DNA of 64,000 nucleotides from Calditrichia bacterium (GTDB taxonomy: Bacteria; Calditrichota; Calditrichia; JAJRVZ01), in contig CAWCNS010000016.1 of assembly GCA_963796965.1 (NCBI GenBank), forward strand, positions 1 through 64,000. Direction: 5' to 3'. The stretch's first letter is position 1; the number at the start of each line of letters is the position of its first letter. A model generated the notes under the pieces. It saw nothing but the letters and a program-made list of their open reading frames with translations, did not search any database and was not told where the DNA came from. Shown piece by piece: positions 35,160-46,223 of this stretch. Made by a program: the position numbers and the translations under genes.

Positions 35160-36650
35160 ATGGAAAATATACCTAAGATAAACCTGGGGTTGATTGCGGT
35201 AAGCCGTGATTGTTTTCCCATAGAGCTTTCAAAAAACCGGCGGATTGCTGTCGGAAAAGCCTGCCAAAAAGCAGAACTAAATGTAACCGAGCTTGAGACA
35301 ATTGTTGAGAATGAAAATGATGTGATCAAAGCATTAAAGGAGATTAGGGAAAAAAACATCAATGCTTTAACGGTTTATCTGGGAAATTTCGGTCCGGAAG
35401 GACCAACAACGCTTCTCATACAAAAATTTGATGGTGCAACCATGCTTGTGGCGGCGGCAGAAGATACAGGGAAGGATCTTATCCATGGTCGTGGTGATGC
35501 TTACTGTGGATTGTTGAGTGCCTCCTACAATCTGGGTTTAAGGCGCCTAAAACCATATATTCCATCCTATCCTGTTGGGGATCCTGATGAGATTGCCGGA
35601 ATGATGGCTGAATTTATCCCCATAGCACAGGTTGTGAATGGCATTCGCCGCTTAAAAATCATCTCTTTTGGTCCCCGTCCTTTTGATTTTTTAACCTGCC
35701 ATGCACCCATTCAACCACTCTATGACCTGGGTGTCGAAATCATGGAGAACAGTGAGCTTGATCTATATGATATTGTACAAGCCGAAGAATCTAATCCGGA
35801 GATAAATACACGTATAGAGGAGATGAGGGATGAGTTGGGGCAGGGTAATACCTATCCGGACCTCTTGGGTAAACTTGCACAATATGAATTGGCGTTGGAA
35901 AAATTTATGAAAGAAAATCTCGGTGCATCGGAACATGCGGCCTTTGCCAATAAATGCTGGCCGGCGTTTCAAAAATATTTTGGGCATGTACCCTGCTTTC
36001 TCAATTCACGATTGGCAGCACGGGGAATTCCTGTAGCCTGTGAGGCGGATATCTATGGTGCCCTCAGTGAATACATGGTCGTTTGTGCAACGGAATTGCC
36101 TCCGGCAATCCTTGATATCAACAACACGGTGCCAAAGGATCTTTATAACGAAAGTAAATCTGAAATTGGTAATTATAAACTAAACGACCTTTGGATGGGA
36201 TTTCATTGTGGTAATACCTCTACAGGATGTATTGTCCAGCCTATAATGCAACATCAGTTGATTATGCACCGTCTCATGGAGCCTGGTGAAGAGCCAAATA
36301 TAACAAGAGGGACTGTGGAAGGTCAGATAAAGGCTGGTCCAATCTCTGTCTTTCGTCTGCAATCTACCTCTGATGCCAAGTTAAGTAGTTATGTTGCGGA
36401 GGGAGAAGTTTTAAATATTAATCCAAAATCATTTGGTTGTATTGGCGTTTTTGCTATTGATGAAATGGGACGTTTTTATCGACATGTGATGATCGAAAAA
36501 AGATTTCCGCATCATACGGCCGTTGGTTTTAAACATAACGGGCATGCCTTATTTGAGGCATGCAAAATGCTTGGCGTTGAAGATGTATACTATAATCTTC
36601 CAGCAACATTGCGTTATCCGTCGGAAAATCCGTTTGGCAATATTAAATAA
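35160..36650 (+). CDS. L-fucose/L-arabinose isomerase-family protein (FucI-like)
   Basis: YLGNFGPEGP, GRGDAYCG, ANKCWP, PVACEADIYGALS, FHCGNT, FPHHTAVGF. Confidence 0.85.
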   Translation: MENIPKINLGLIAVSRDCFPIELSKNRRIAVGKACQKAELNVTELETIVENENDVIKALKEIREKNINALTVYLGNFGPEGPTTLLIQKFDGATMLVAAAEDTGKDLIHGRGDAYCGLLSASYNLGLRRLKPYIPSYPVGDPDEIAGMMAEFIPIAQVVNGIRRLKIISFGPRPFDFLTCHAPIQPLYDLGVEIMENSELDLYDIVQAEESNPEINTRIEEMRDELGQGNTYPDLLGKLAQYELALEKFMKENLGASEHAAFANKCWPAFQKYFGHVPCFLNSRLAARGIPVACEADIYGALSEYMVVCATELPPAILDINNTVPKDLYNESKSEIGNYKLNDLWMGFHCGNTSTGCIVQPIMQHQLIMHRLMEPGEEPNITRGTVEGQIKAGPISVFRLQSTSDAKLSSYVAEGEVLNINPKSFGCIGVFAIDEMGRFYRHVMIEKRFPHHTAVGFKHNGHALFEACKMLGVEDVYYNLPATLRYPSENPFGNIK

Positions 36651-36672
36651 TCAACACAGAATAGTCTCCGAA

Positions 36673-36851
36673 GGAGTCCTTTGGACAATATTTATTGAGT
36701 GTGAAACGTCAAATGTCAAATGTGAAATGTATTAAAAAAATGGTAATTTTAGGGACATCCGGCTCTGGCCGGACCGTGTCATTAGGTATATATACAATTT
36801 TTGGTAGGGGTGGATCGCGTCGAAGACCCCGTTCTAAGGGGTGTCGGCCCT
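36673..36851 (+). repeat. Composite intergenic module (hairpin, TGTGAAA heptamers, GTAG-REP)
   Basis: Same order of parts as 53351-53492 and the inverted copy at 45138-45256. Confidence 0.8.
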
Positions 36852-36902
36852 GAGTTCTATTTAATAAATTTTCAACAAACGTTTCAAAAAGGGAGATAGA
36901 AA

Positions 36903-38655
36903 ATGGAATTTCATTGGATCGACTGGGTTGTGATTTGTGGTTACTTCCTGATTATAATGGGATTAGCCTGGTGGGTAATTAAACAAAGACAGGATACATC
37001 TACGGATTATTTTCTTGCCGGGCGCCACCTGGGCTGGTTTATTGTCGGCGCTTCTATATTTGCTTCAAATATTGGATCTGAACATCTGGTCGGATTAGCC
37101 GGTTCCGGGGCCACTGATGGTGTTGCGATGGCACATTATGAATTGCATGCCTGGTGTTTACTGGTTCTTGGCTGGGTGATGGTTCCATTTTATATGCGTT
37201 CCAAGGTATTTACGATGCCGGAGTTCCTGGAAAAACGATTTTCCCCCGCTTCACGAACGGTACTCTCCGTTATTTCTCTCGTTGCCTATGTCCTTACAAA
37301 AATAGCTGTCGGTATTTTTGCCGGTGGTATTGTGTTTAGTGTCTTATTACCAGAAATGAACGTTTTTGGACTGAATAGTTTCTGGATTGGCTCTGTACTG
37401 GTTATTGTTTTAACCGGATTTTATACAATTTTAGGTGGTTTGCGCGCTGTTGCCTACACCGAGGCTTTGCAAACAGTTGTTTTAATATTCGGATCGATTC
37501 TGGTCACAGTGTTTGGATTACAGGCCCTGGGCGGGTGGGGCGAATTACGCGCTATTTTAGGTCCGGAAATGTTTAATCTGTGGAAACCACTGGTTCCCTC
37601 TGGAATAGAAGTCTACCTGGGCGCCAGTAAGAGAGGCTGGTCGAATGGCCTGGTACTTCAACGATAATTACCCCTGGTTGGGAATGTTGTTGTGTGCACC
37701 GATCATTGGATTGTGGTACTGGACTACCGATCAATATATTGTTCAGCGTGCACTCGGGGCACGAAATGAAACAGAAGCCCGCCGCGGATCGATCGCAGCC
37801 GCATTCCTGAAATTATTACCGGTATTTATATTTATCATCCCCGGCATGATCTGCATCGCCTTGGCTAAGAGCGGACAGGTACAAGCGATTCAGCAACAGT
37901 TACTAACTGCTGAGGGCGAGATAATACGGGATAATGCCCAATCGGCATTTCCACTCCTTGTAGCCCATATTTTGCCTGTCGGAATAAGGGGAATTGTTGT
38001 CGCCGGTCTTCTGGCCGCGCTGATGAGTTCTCTTGCCGGTGTATTTAATGCCTCGTCCACCTTGTTTACCATGGATTTTTATTCACGCTTGCGACCGAAT
38101 AGTACGCAACATCAACTGGTTTGGATGGGGCGTGTGGCGACCGCTGTTATGGTACTTATTGGTCTGCTGTGGATACCGGTAATTCAGGGTGGTAAAGGCC
38201 TCTATGATTATCTCCAGGGAGTACAGGCCTATCTGGCACCACCAATTTTTGTTGTGTTTTTTCTTGGTGTTTTTCATAAACGTCTGAACGCTAAGGGGTG
38301 TCTCGCTGCTTTGACTACAGGTTTCATTTTAGGAATTTTCCGATTAGCTGTAGATACACCTGTGAAATTGGTAGATGGTTTTTCATATTCAACAGGTTCA
38401 TTCTTCTGGGTGATAAATAACATATTTTTTCAATATTATAGCCTGGTAATTTTTATTGTCTGTATTATTGTTATGGTGGGTGTCAGTTATATGACAGAAG
38501 CGCCGAACTATGAGAAAATTAGTGGGCTGACTTTTGCGACGACATCCGACAAAGACAAAAAAGAATCACGGGATAGCTGGTCGATTGGGGATATTGTTTC
38601 CTCTGTATTGGTTTTAGTGTTAATCCTGGCGGCTTATTTGTACTTCGCAGGATAG
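36903..38655 (+). CDS. Sodium:solute symporter, SGLT-like sugar transporter (frameshift ~37615)
   Basis: DYFLAGR, ASIFASNIGSEHLVGLAG, WYWTTDQYIVQRAL, AALMSSL. Confidence 0.95.
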
Positions 38656-38971
38656 AAAATTAAACACAAAGTGCTCAAAGCCCCGATATACATGCCAATA
38701 TCATGTAGGCATATCGGGATAAAATCCTCTTTCGAAGGAATCCTTCGGGACAAGATTTCAAAGGCACAAAGTTCACAAGGAAGTAAGCAGATATAATTAC
38801 CACCCCCTCTTTCTCCCTCCTTACTAAGGAGGGGGATTATGGGGGAGGTCATTCAGACCAATTCCTGCTTCTATAAGTTCTTAGAGCTGTCTTAGTGATC
38901 TTTGTGTTTATCTTTATAAAAGTCCGTATTTAGTTTGAGAAAAAAGTAGATTATATAAATCAGGATGAGAA

Positions 38972-40428
38972 ATGAATATAATTAGTAAGGTTGTTTTTAT
39001 GATGATTCCAATTATTGTATCAGCAGATAGCTTAGATATTCATGATTTATATGAAAAGTCATCTGCATATATCATGACACCAGATAATCTTATTGAGATG
39101 CGACATGAAATGGTTGTTGACAGAATGAAAGAAATTCATGATCTTAATAAGGCCATAGAATTAAATGAGGTAGGGCAATCAGCTGAGGGGCGATCAATTA
39201 ATATGTTTACTTTTGGCAGTGGTAAAACAACCCTCCTCCTCTGGTCGCAAATGCATGGTGATGAACCTACTGCTACTGCAGGTTTATTAGCGATATTCAA
39301 CTATATGGCCCTAAACTTTGATACACCATTTGTACAAGAATTACATCGAAATCTTACTATTCACGCCATTGTTATGCTAAACCCTGACGGAGCAGAAAGG
39401 TATCAACGGCGGAATGCCCAGGGGATCGATATTAACCGTGACGCAAATCGACTTGCTTCTCCGGAAGGGCAGATCCTAAAAAAGATGAACGAACAAATAC
39501 AACCTGAATTTGGATTTAACCTCCATGACATGCGTGGCAGGGAAACAGTCGCTGATGTTGATAGTATATTGACGATAGCATTAATGGCGCCGCCATTTAA
39601 TAAAGCAAATGACGATAACCCCTCTAGAATACGTGCAAAAAAACTTGCCGTGCATATAAAAGATGTTCTGGATGAATTTATACCCGGACATGTTGCAAAA
39701 TATAAAGCCGATTACATGCCCCGGGCATTTGGAGACGCTTTCCAGAATTGGGGTGTTAGTACAGTTTTGATCGAATCTGGGTTACCAAATAAAACAGAAC
39801 CACATTATCTGGTTCGCCTGAAGTTTATTACTCTATTATCGGCATTCAGGTCAATCTCAAATGGATCAGTCGATGATGTTGATGCCAAGAGATATGAGCA
39901 GATACCACTTGAGGGACCCGAACAGTATGATTTGTTTATTAAAGAAGCCCGTATTTTCAATGGACGAAGTATCAGCTCCTATACTGCTGACATTGGAATA
40001 ACTATTGATTTTCATTTAGAAGGCGGAAAAGTGGTGGAAGATAGCAATATTGAAGATGTCGGTGATTTATCCCTTACCACAGGTCGGGAGGTTATCGAAG
40101 CTGGCGGTTTAATTGTCATACCGGGTCTTATTGTCAGGAATATGGAAAGAACCTCACCTGAAGAAAATTTAAAAAGAGGAATCACGACGGAAGCTCCCCT
40201 GAAATGCAAGAGATCAAACTATTCCCTAAAGACGGGATTATTCCATTGCGTGATCTTCCTACATATACCCGTGAATCTGCAAAAATCATGCAACTAAAAA
40301 ATGTTGGTCTCATAGATAAAAATATGAAAGCGGATCTTCTCATTTTTGAGTCAAATTCTCAGAATGAGTTAATGCTAAATGACCTTCTTTATGTGATTAA
40401 AAATGGAAAGATCGTCTATAAAAAATAG
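38972..40428 (+). CDS. M14 zinc carboxypeptidase with a C-terminal amidohydrolase-like beta-sandwich remnant (frameshift ~40200)
   Basis: SQMHGDEP, NPDGAE, DINRD and NLHD motifs; C-terminal IEAGGLIVIPG and GLIDKNMKADLLIF..VIKNG. Confidence 0.85.
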
Positions 40429-40485
40429 ATCACTACTATATTGACTGTTTTCTAATTATCTACATAATTTTTTAGCCGATTTTTT

Positions 40486-40581
40486 ACCACTAAGTACACA
40501 AAGAAGGCACTAAGATCACAAAGTTTTTTTAGGAAATTTTTCTTTGTGTACTTTGTGCCTTCTTTGTGTACTTTGTGGTAA
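40486..40581. repeat. Inverted repeat of CAC(A/T)AAG 9-bp-periodic units
   Basis: taccactaagtacacaaagaaggcactaagatcacaaag / ctttgtgtactttgtgccttctttgtgtactttgtggta. Relatives at 688-860, 2183-2220, 3563-3826 and 38662-38908. Confidence 0.88.
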
Positions 40582-40684
40582 TTCTTTTATTTTTTTTCAA
40601 ATTGACCCCGTAAAGTCTGACGGAGTCAGATTAGTACGGGGTGGTTTTTTATTACATTTCTAATTCACTCAATGGGAGTATGCT

Positions 40685-41914
40685 ATGAAAATTGTTTTTA
40701 CATCAATCATTGTTTTGTTCATGCTGATCCAAATATTGCCAGCTCAGGACCAAAAGAAAGACAAAGCCATATTTAAAGAAAGTAAAAATGAATTTTGGGA
40801 GCTTATTAAGAAGGAAAACAAGGAATTCAGAGAACCAGAAAAGGAATCAAAAAAAGTATTTAAAATGGATTTTTCCGGAATGGATCTTCCCAGCTCTGTT
40901 GATCAGTTTGAGAGTCAATGGCATCAGACACCTATTTCTCAGGGTAATACGGGCTCCTGTTGGTGTTTTTGCGCAACTTCGTTTTTTGAATCTGAAATTA
41001 ATCGTCTTCATGGAAAAAAAATAAAGATCTCAGAAATGTATACCGTGTATTGGGAATTTGTTGAGAAGGCACGTCGCTATGTTCAGAAAAGAGGGAATTC
41101 ATTGTTCGATCATGGTTCAATGGGAAATGCGGTTATTCGTATCTGGAAAAAATATGGCGCTGTGCCAGCGGCGTCATATAGCGGAATGCTTCCCGGGCAG
41201 AAATTTCATGATCATGATCCAATGGTTAAAGAAATACAAGCATATCTTAAATTTATCAAAGAAAATAATATTTGGAATGAATCCGATGTACTTGGTAATG
41301 TAAAATCTATATTAAATTATTATATGGGCGATCCACCTCTAAAGGTGCTTCTGGATAATAGAGAAATGACGCCATTGGAATATTTGAGCGATCATATTAA
41401 ACTTAACCTGGATGACTATGTTGATCTGCTTTCTTTAAAACAAGAACCCTATAATTCTTATGTAAAGAATCCTGTTCCAGACAACTGGTGGCTTAATGAT
41501 CATTATTATAATCTTCCTCTGGATGAATTTACTGCTATCGTTAACCAGGCTTTGTCCAAGGGATATACCGTTATGCTCGGCGGTGATGTTTCTGAGGCGG
41601 GATATGATGCACATACAGAGGTGGGTATGATACCGACTTTTGACATTCCATCAGACTATATTGATGAGGATTCCAGGCAATTCCGGTTTAGTAACAAATC
41701 CACGACAGATGATCATGGTATTCATGCTGTTGGAATGATGAAATTAAATGGTGATTATTGGTATTTGATAAAAGACTCCGGTTCAGGCGCACAAAACGGT
41801 CCAAACAAAGGATATCGGTTTTATCATCAGGATTTTATCAAATTAAAAATATTAGATTTAATGGTACATAAAGATGTAACTGGGGATTTGCCAAATATGA
41901 ATCGTACGAAGTAG
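40685..41914 (+). CDS. C1-family cysteine aminopeptidase (PepC/bleomycin hydrolase-like), secreted
   Basis: QGNTGSCWCF catalytic Cys, TTDDHGIHAVG, YLIKDSG. Confidence 0.9.
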   Translation: MKIVFTSIIVLFMLIQILPAQDQKKDKAIFKESKNEFWELIKKENKEFREPEKESKKVFKMDFSGMDLPSSVDQFESQWHQTPISQGNTGSCWCFCATSFFESEINRLHGKKIKISEMYTVYWEFVEKARRYVQKRGNSLFDHGSMGNAVIRIWKKYGAVPAASYSGMLPGQKFHDHDPMVKEIQAYLKFIKENNIWNESDVLGNVKSILNYYMGDPPLKVLLDNREMTPLEYLSDHIKLNLDDYVDLLSLKQEPYNSYVKNPVPDNWWLNDHYYNLPLDEFTAIVNQALSKGYTVMLGGDVSEAGYDAHTEVGMIPTFDIPSDYIDEDSRQFRFSNKSTTDDHGIHAVGMMKLNGDYWYLIKDSGSGAQNGPNKGYRFYHQDFIKLKILDLMVHKDVTGDLPNMNRTK

Positions 41915-42098
41915 AGCGTGGAGAGTAGAGAGTTGAGAGTTGAGGGTATCTCCGCCAAATTTGGGTAAAATCATCCATGATTTCGTTGGAAGAGAGAAAA
42001 GAGAAGAGAGAGGAGTGTAGACCTTTTGCAGGTCCGGGGATTTAATAATTAGAAAATTGAATAAGTATTATAAATGAGGGATTATTAAGGAAAACTGA

Positions 42099-43409
42099 AT
42101 GATTAAAAAGATAGGTGTTGTAAGAGAAACAAAAAACATATGGGAGCGACGTGTACCGCTTGTCCCTGCAGATGTAAAAGAACTCATTGATAAAGAAGGT
42201 ATTGAAGTTAACATTCAACCCTCTGAAAAGCGGATCTTTCCTGATTACCAATACAAATCCATTGGTGCTTCCATTAAGGAGGACCTGTCAGAATGTGAAT
42301 TAATTCTGGGGATCAAAGAAATAAAAATAAGTGATCTTTTGCCTGAAAAGGTGTATTGCTTTTTTTCCCATACAATAAAGGGACAGTCGTATAATATGTC
42401 CTTGCTTCAGCAATTACTTGATTCGCGGAGTACGCTCATTGATTATGAACGTATGGTTGATGAAGATAACCGGCGCTTAATATATTTTAGTTATCATGCC
42501 GGTGTGGCTGGAATGGTCGAGACGTTATGGGCATTTGGAAAACGCCTGGAATCGGAAGGCATTACAACACCTTTTAGTAAAATTAAGCAGACGTTAGATT
42601 ATAGCGATCAGCAAGAGGCAGAAACGGCAATTACAGAATTATCCAGGGAAATTAAAAAGAATGGCCTTCCTGCTTCTGTCTCACCACTGGTCATTGGTAT
42701 TACTGGATATGGAAATGTTTCGCGAGGTGTCCAGGATATGTTAGATCTTCTTTCCGTTGATGAGATCTCTCCTGCTGATATCTCTAAGATTCAGAGTCAG
42801 AATGATAAGCAATCAAATAAAATCTATAAAGTTGTCTTTAAGGAAAAAGACATGTATGAGCCTTTATCGGATTCGGAGGTGTTTGATTTACAGGACTATT
42901 ACACAAATCCGGAAAGATATAAGTCAATATTTTATAAATACTTATCCTCTTTAGGTATCCTTGTCAATGCCTCCTTTTGGGATACAGCCTATCCAAAACA
43001 TGTGACAAAGGGGGCCTTAAAAAATCTATCCCGGAAGAAAGAATCCCCTCATTTGCGTGTTATCGGTGATATAAGTTGTGACGTTGAAGGGGGAATAGAA
43101 GCTACGATGAAGGTCACAGATCCTGGCAATCCTGTTTTTGTTTATAATCCGGATGATGCATCATTCTCAGATGGGTTTGAGGGTGAAGGGATTGCAATTA
43201 TGGCTGTGGATAATCTTCCCAGTGAACTTCCTAAGGATGCATCTATTTACTTTAGTTCTGTATTGAAAACACTCTTACCAGACATAATAAATGTTGATTT
43301 TTCCCACGAGTTCGATAAATTAGATCTTTCTGAATCGAAAAAAAAGGCAATTATCACCCATAGGGGTTCTCTAACCGAAGATTATAAATTTTTAAATAAA
43401 TATTTGTAA
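42099..43409 (+). CDS. Lysine-ketoglutarate reductase / saccharopine dehydrogenase (AlaDh/PNT fold)
   Basis: RETKNIWERRVPLVP, FFSHTIKGQ.YN, GYGNVSRG, DISCD, VDNLPSELP. Confidence 0.88.
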   Translation: MIKKIGVVRETKNIWERRVPLVPADVKELIDKEGIEVNIQPSEKRIFPDYQYKSIGASIKEDLSECELILGIKEIKISDLLPEKVYCFFSHTIKGQSYNMSLLQQLLDSRSTLIDYERMVDEDNRRLIYFSYHAGVAGMVETLWAFGKRLESEGITTPFSKIKQTLDYSDQQEAETAITELSREIKKNGLPASVSPLVIGITGYGNVSRGVQDMLDLLSVDEISPADISKIQSQNDKQSNKIYKVVFKEKDMYEPLSDSEVFDLQDYYTNPERYKSIFYKYLSSLGILVNASFWDTAYPKHVTKGALKNLSRKKESPHLRVIGDISCDVEGGIEATMKVTDPGNPVFVYNPDDASFSDGFEGEGIAIMAVDNLPSELPKDASIYFSSVLKTLLPDIINVDFSHEFDKLDLSESKKKAIITHRGSLTEDYKFLNKYL

Positions 43410-43503
43410 AATAATTTTACTAAATATTGCGTCGTAGATGAAAATTGATATTTTGAGTATAGACTGGTTTTATAGAATTGTGAGATCTCTATATAATGCA
43501 ATT

Positions 43504-43741
43504 CATGAGTGTCCGGTTTAAAAATCCTAATCGAAGTTACATCAAAACATATCGGTGCCAGTCCCATTCTCTTGTAGAGAGAAGGGGCTCCATAAAGTCC
43601 CTCTCTTCTTCCCGTCAACGAGAGAGGAATCTTCGGAAGGGTGAGTTCTTTAAATCAAGTCCCAAAGTTAGGAAATTAATTATTTCAATTAATATTACAG
43701 TCTTTAATAACATCTGATTAAATCTTAACCGGACACTCATG
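43504..43741. mobile_element. MITE copy 3 (9-bp TSD AATGCAATT)
   Basis: TIR CATGAGTGTCCGGTT; highly similar to 23227-23448. Confidence 0.93.
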
Positions 43742-43876
43742 AATGCAATTAGTTAAGTACCCAATGTCAATGCCGAAAAAAATCGAGAAAATATTGATAT
43801 CAGACACATGGATGTGGCTCAAAGTATGATACATTAATCATGAATGTAAAAAATATGAAGACAGGAGAAATGAGGA

Positions 43877-45139
43877 ATGTCTGAAACCAATAACCGTGTA
43901 GTCGCGAATCCAAATCATGTGATGGATGCAGAAGTTGTTGTAGGAATTCCATCTTATAATGAAGCGGACAATATCGCCTATCCGACAGATGTGGCCAGCA
44001 GAGGGCTAAGAGAACATTTTCCTGATAAAAAAGCTGTGATCATCAATGTGGATAATCATTCTCCTGATGGTACAAAGGATGTTTTTCTTAATACACCAAC
44101 TGAGGTACCAAAGATATATATCTCGACAGCACCAGGAGTAAAAGGGAAGGGTAATAATTTCCACAACCTTTTTGAAGCTGCTGTCGAATTAAACGCAAAA
44201 GCCATAATTGTGGTTGATGCAGATCTAAAAAGTATCACTCCACAATGGATTCGCTATCTGGGTGAACCGTTGATGGGACGTTTTGATTATGTGGCCCCTA
44301 TCTATGCCCGGCATAAATATGACGGTTCCATTACCAATCATATTGCTTATCCGTTGTTACGCTCCTTGTTTGGAATTCGTGTGCGTCAACCTATTGGCGG
44401 AGATTTTGGTTTTTCTGGTAAATTGGCCCGCGCCTTTCTTTCAGAAAAATTATGGAATGATAAAATTGCCAATTTTGGAATCGATATTTGGATGACAACC
44501 ATAGCCATCGCCCGTCGTTTTAATATTTGCCAGGCCTTTCTTGGAAGTGCAAAAGTCCATAATCCTAAAGACCCTGCTTCTGATCTTGGTCCCATGTTTA
44601 CGCAGGTTGTCTCCACTCTCTTTGATTTGATAACCGATTTTGAGTTTATTTGGAAAGATACATTCTCTTCAACTCCGAGTAATATTTATGGATTTGGACT
44701 TGGCGTTGAAGAAAAACCACCAACAGTGAATGTTAATCCTGATAGCCTCTTTGATAGTTTTATGGAGGGATTTAAGAAATATGGTAAAACATGGGAAAAA
44801 ATTATTCCCGCACCTGAGTTTATGCAAATAAGTAAACTACAGAAGGTCAAAGAAAAAAAGAACTTCTATTATTCAAGTGATCTTTGGGCCAGGGTGTTGT
44901 TTAATTTTGCTATAGCCTACAAGATGAATGAGATCGATAAAGATACCTTGATCGAATCGATGATCCCATTTTATCATTCAAGAGTTTTATCATTTGCCAA
45001 TAAAACAGAATCGGCAAGCATTAAAGAAGCGGAAGAATACCTGGAAAATGTAACCCGTGTTTTTGAAAAAGAAAAATATTATCTGGTACAACGCTGGGAT
45101 GCTTCAGTAAAGCATCTGGGACATAAATTGTTTAAATAG
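43877..45139 (+). CDS. Glycosyltransferase, glucosylglycerate/mannosylglycerate synthase-like
   Basis: VVGIPSYNEADNI, GKG, VDADL, YARHKYDGSITN, RQPIGGDF, FGIDIWMTT. Confidence 0.8.
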   Translation: MSETNNRVVANPNHVMDAEVVVGIPSYNEADNIAYPTDVASRGLREHFPDKKAVIINVDNHSPDGTKDVFLNTPTEVPKIYISTAPGVKGKGNNFHNLFEAAVELNAKAIIVVDADLKSITPQWIRYLGEPLMGRFDYVAPIYARHKYDGSITNHIAYPLLRSLFGIRVRQPIGGDFGFSGKLARAFLSEKLWNDKIANFGIDIWMTTIAIARRFNICQAFLGSAKVHNPKDPASDLGPMFTQVVSTLFDLITDFEFIWKDTFSSTPSNIYGFGLGVEEKPPTVNVNPDSLFDSFMEGFKKYGKTWEKIIPAPEFMQISKLQKVKEKKNFYYSSDLWARVLFNFAIAYKMNEIDKDTLIESMIPFYHSRVLSFANKTESASIKEAEEYLENVTRVFEKEKYYLVQRWDASVKHLGHKLFK

Positions 45140-45256
45140 GGCGGACACCCCGTAGAACGGGGTCTTCGACGCGATCCGCCCCTACATTAATTATATTACC
45201 TTACAGAAACGCCATAGCATTTTTCTGTGTTTCACATTTGACATTTCACTTTTCAC
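45138..45256 (-). repeat. Composite REP module, inverted relative to 53380-53492
   Basis: The reverse complement matches 53380-53492 over ~115 bp. Confidence 0.85.
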
Positions 45257-45330
45257 ATGTCGCTCCACGCTCTACGATTAATGCGCTTCTCTCCTCTCAT
45301 TTCCCTCTTCATCATGTTATTCTGTTTAAT

Positions 45331-46047
45331 CTAGGGATTAGAGGGGCGAATATCAATCTCACTAACCATGGCCCGCTGGGGTAGTTTGATCATATGGATG
45401 ATACTCTCCGCTACATCTTCTGAGTGCAGGATCCTGTCTCGTTTGGGATCAAATGTACCATGATGGTCGTCAAAAAAATTTGTGGCGACAGATCCCGGAC
45501 AAATAGCCAAAACCCTTACCCCGTTTTTTCTTTCCTCTAGCATGAGACATCTGCTAAAACCAATTACGGCATGCTTGGTAGCTGCATACCCGCCCCCATT
45601 TACAAAAGCGTTCTTTCCAGCTAATGAGGCAACATTTATAACCACCGATTCACCCGCTTCTCTCAAATGAGGTAGGGCCTCCCGGGTTGCTATAAATAAT
45701 CCACGTACATTTAAATTGAACATTTCATCCCAATCTTCGGTGGAAAAATCTGCTATGGCATGAAAATACCCAAAACCTGCATTGTTAATCAGAATATCCA
45801 GACCACCCAACGATTGTTTTGTTGTTTCAATATAGGATTTTATCTCTTCCTCGACACTCATGTCCCCCGCATGACTATAAACCCGGGCTCCTAATTGCCG
45901 TGCTTCATTGGCTGTTTCCTCAAGCAATTCACTATTTCTAGCAGAAATGGATATTGAGGCACCTTCACGAGCGAGTGCCAATGCAGTTGCTTTCCCTATC
46001 CCCTTGCTGGCGCCGGTGATACATGCTACTTTATTCTTTAATTCCAT
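45331..46047 (-). CDS. Short-chain dehydrogenase/reductase
   Basis: TGASKGIG, NNAG, YAATK. Confidence 0.95.
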   Translation of the reverse strand: MELKNKVACITGASKGIGKATALALAREGASISISARNSELLEETANEARQLGARVYSHAGDMSVEEEIKSYIETTKQSLGGLDILINNAGFGYFHAIADFSTEDWDEMFNLNVRGLFIATREALPHLREAGESVVINVASLAGKNAFVNGGGYAATKHAVIGFSRCLMLEERKNGVRVLAICPGSVATNFFDDHHGTFDPKRDRILHSEDVAESIIHMIKLPQRAMVSEIDIRPSNP

Positions 46048-46223
46048 AATACTCCCCGTTAATATTTGATTCAATTATTGTATTCTTAAAAAGTAAAAAT
46101 TATATTGTTTTATTCCAACATTTCTTCAGCCAAAGCCAGGGCTATCAGTTTAATTGAGAGTATAGAGTTAAGAGTAAAGAGTAGAGGGTAAAAGAATTTT
46201 TAATGAAGAGAGAAGAGTGAGGG

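Noticed and set aside
43496..43717. Small ORFs within MITE copies (also 24583-24894, and 23557-23742 over the att-like repeat)
   Set aside because: They lie within non-coding repeats and are not conserved in frame between copies.
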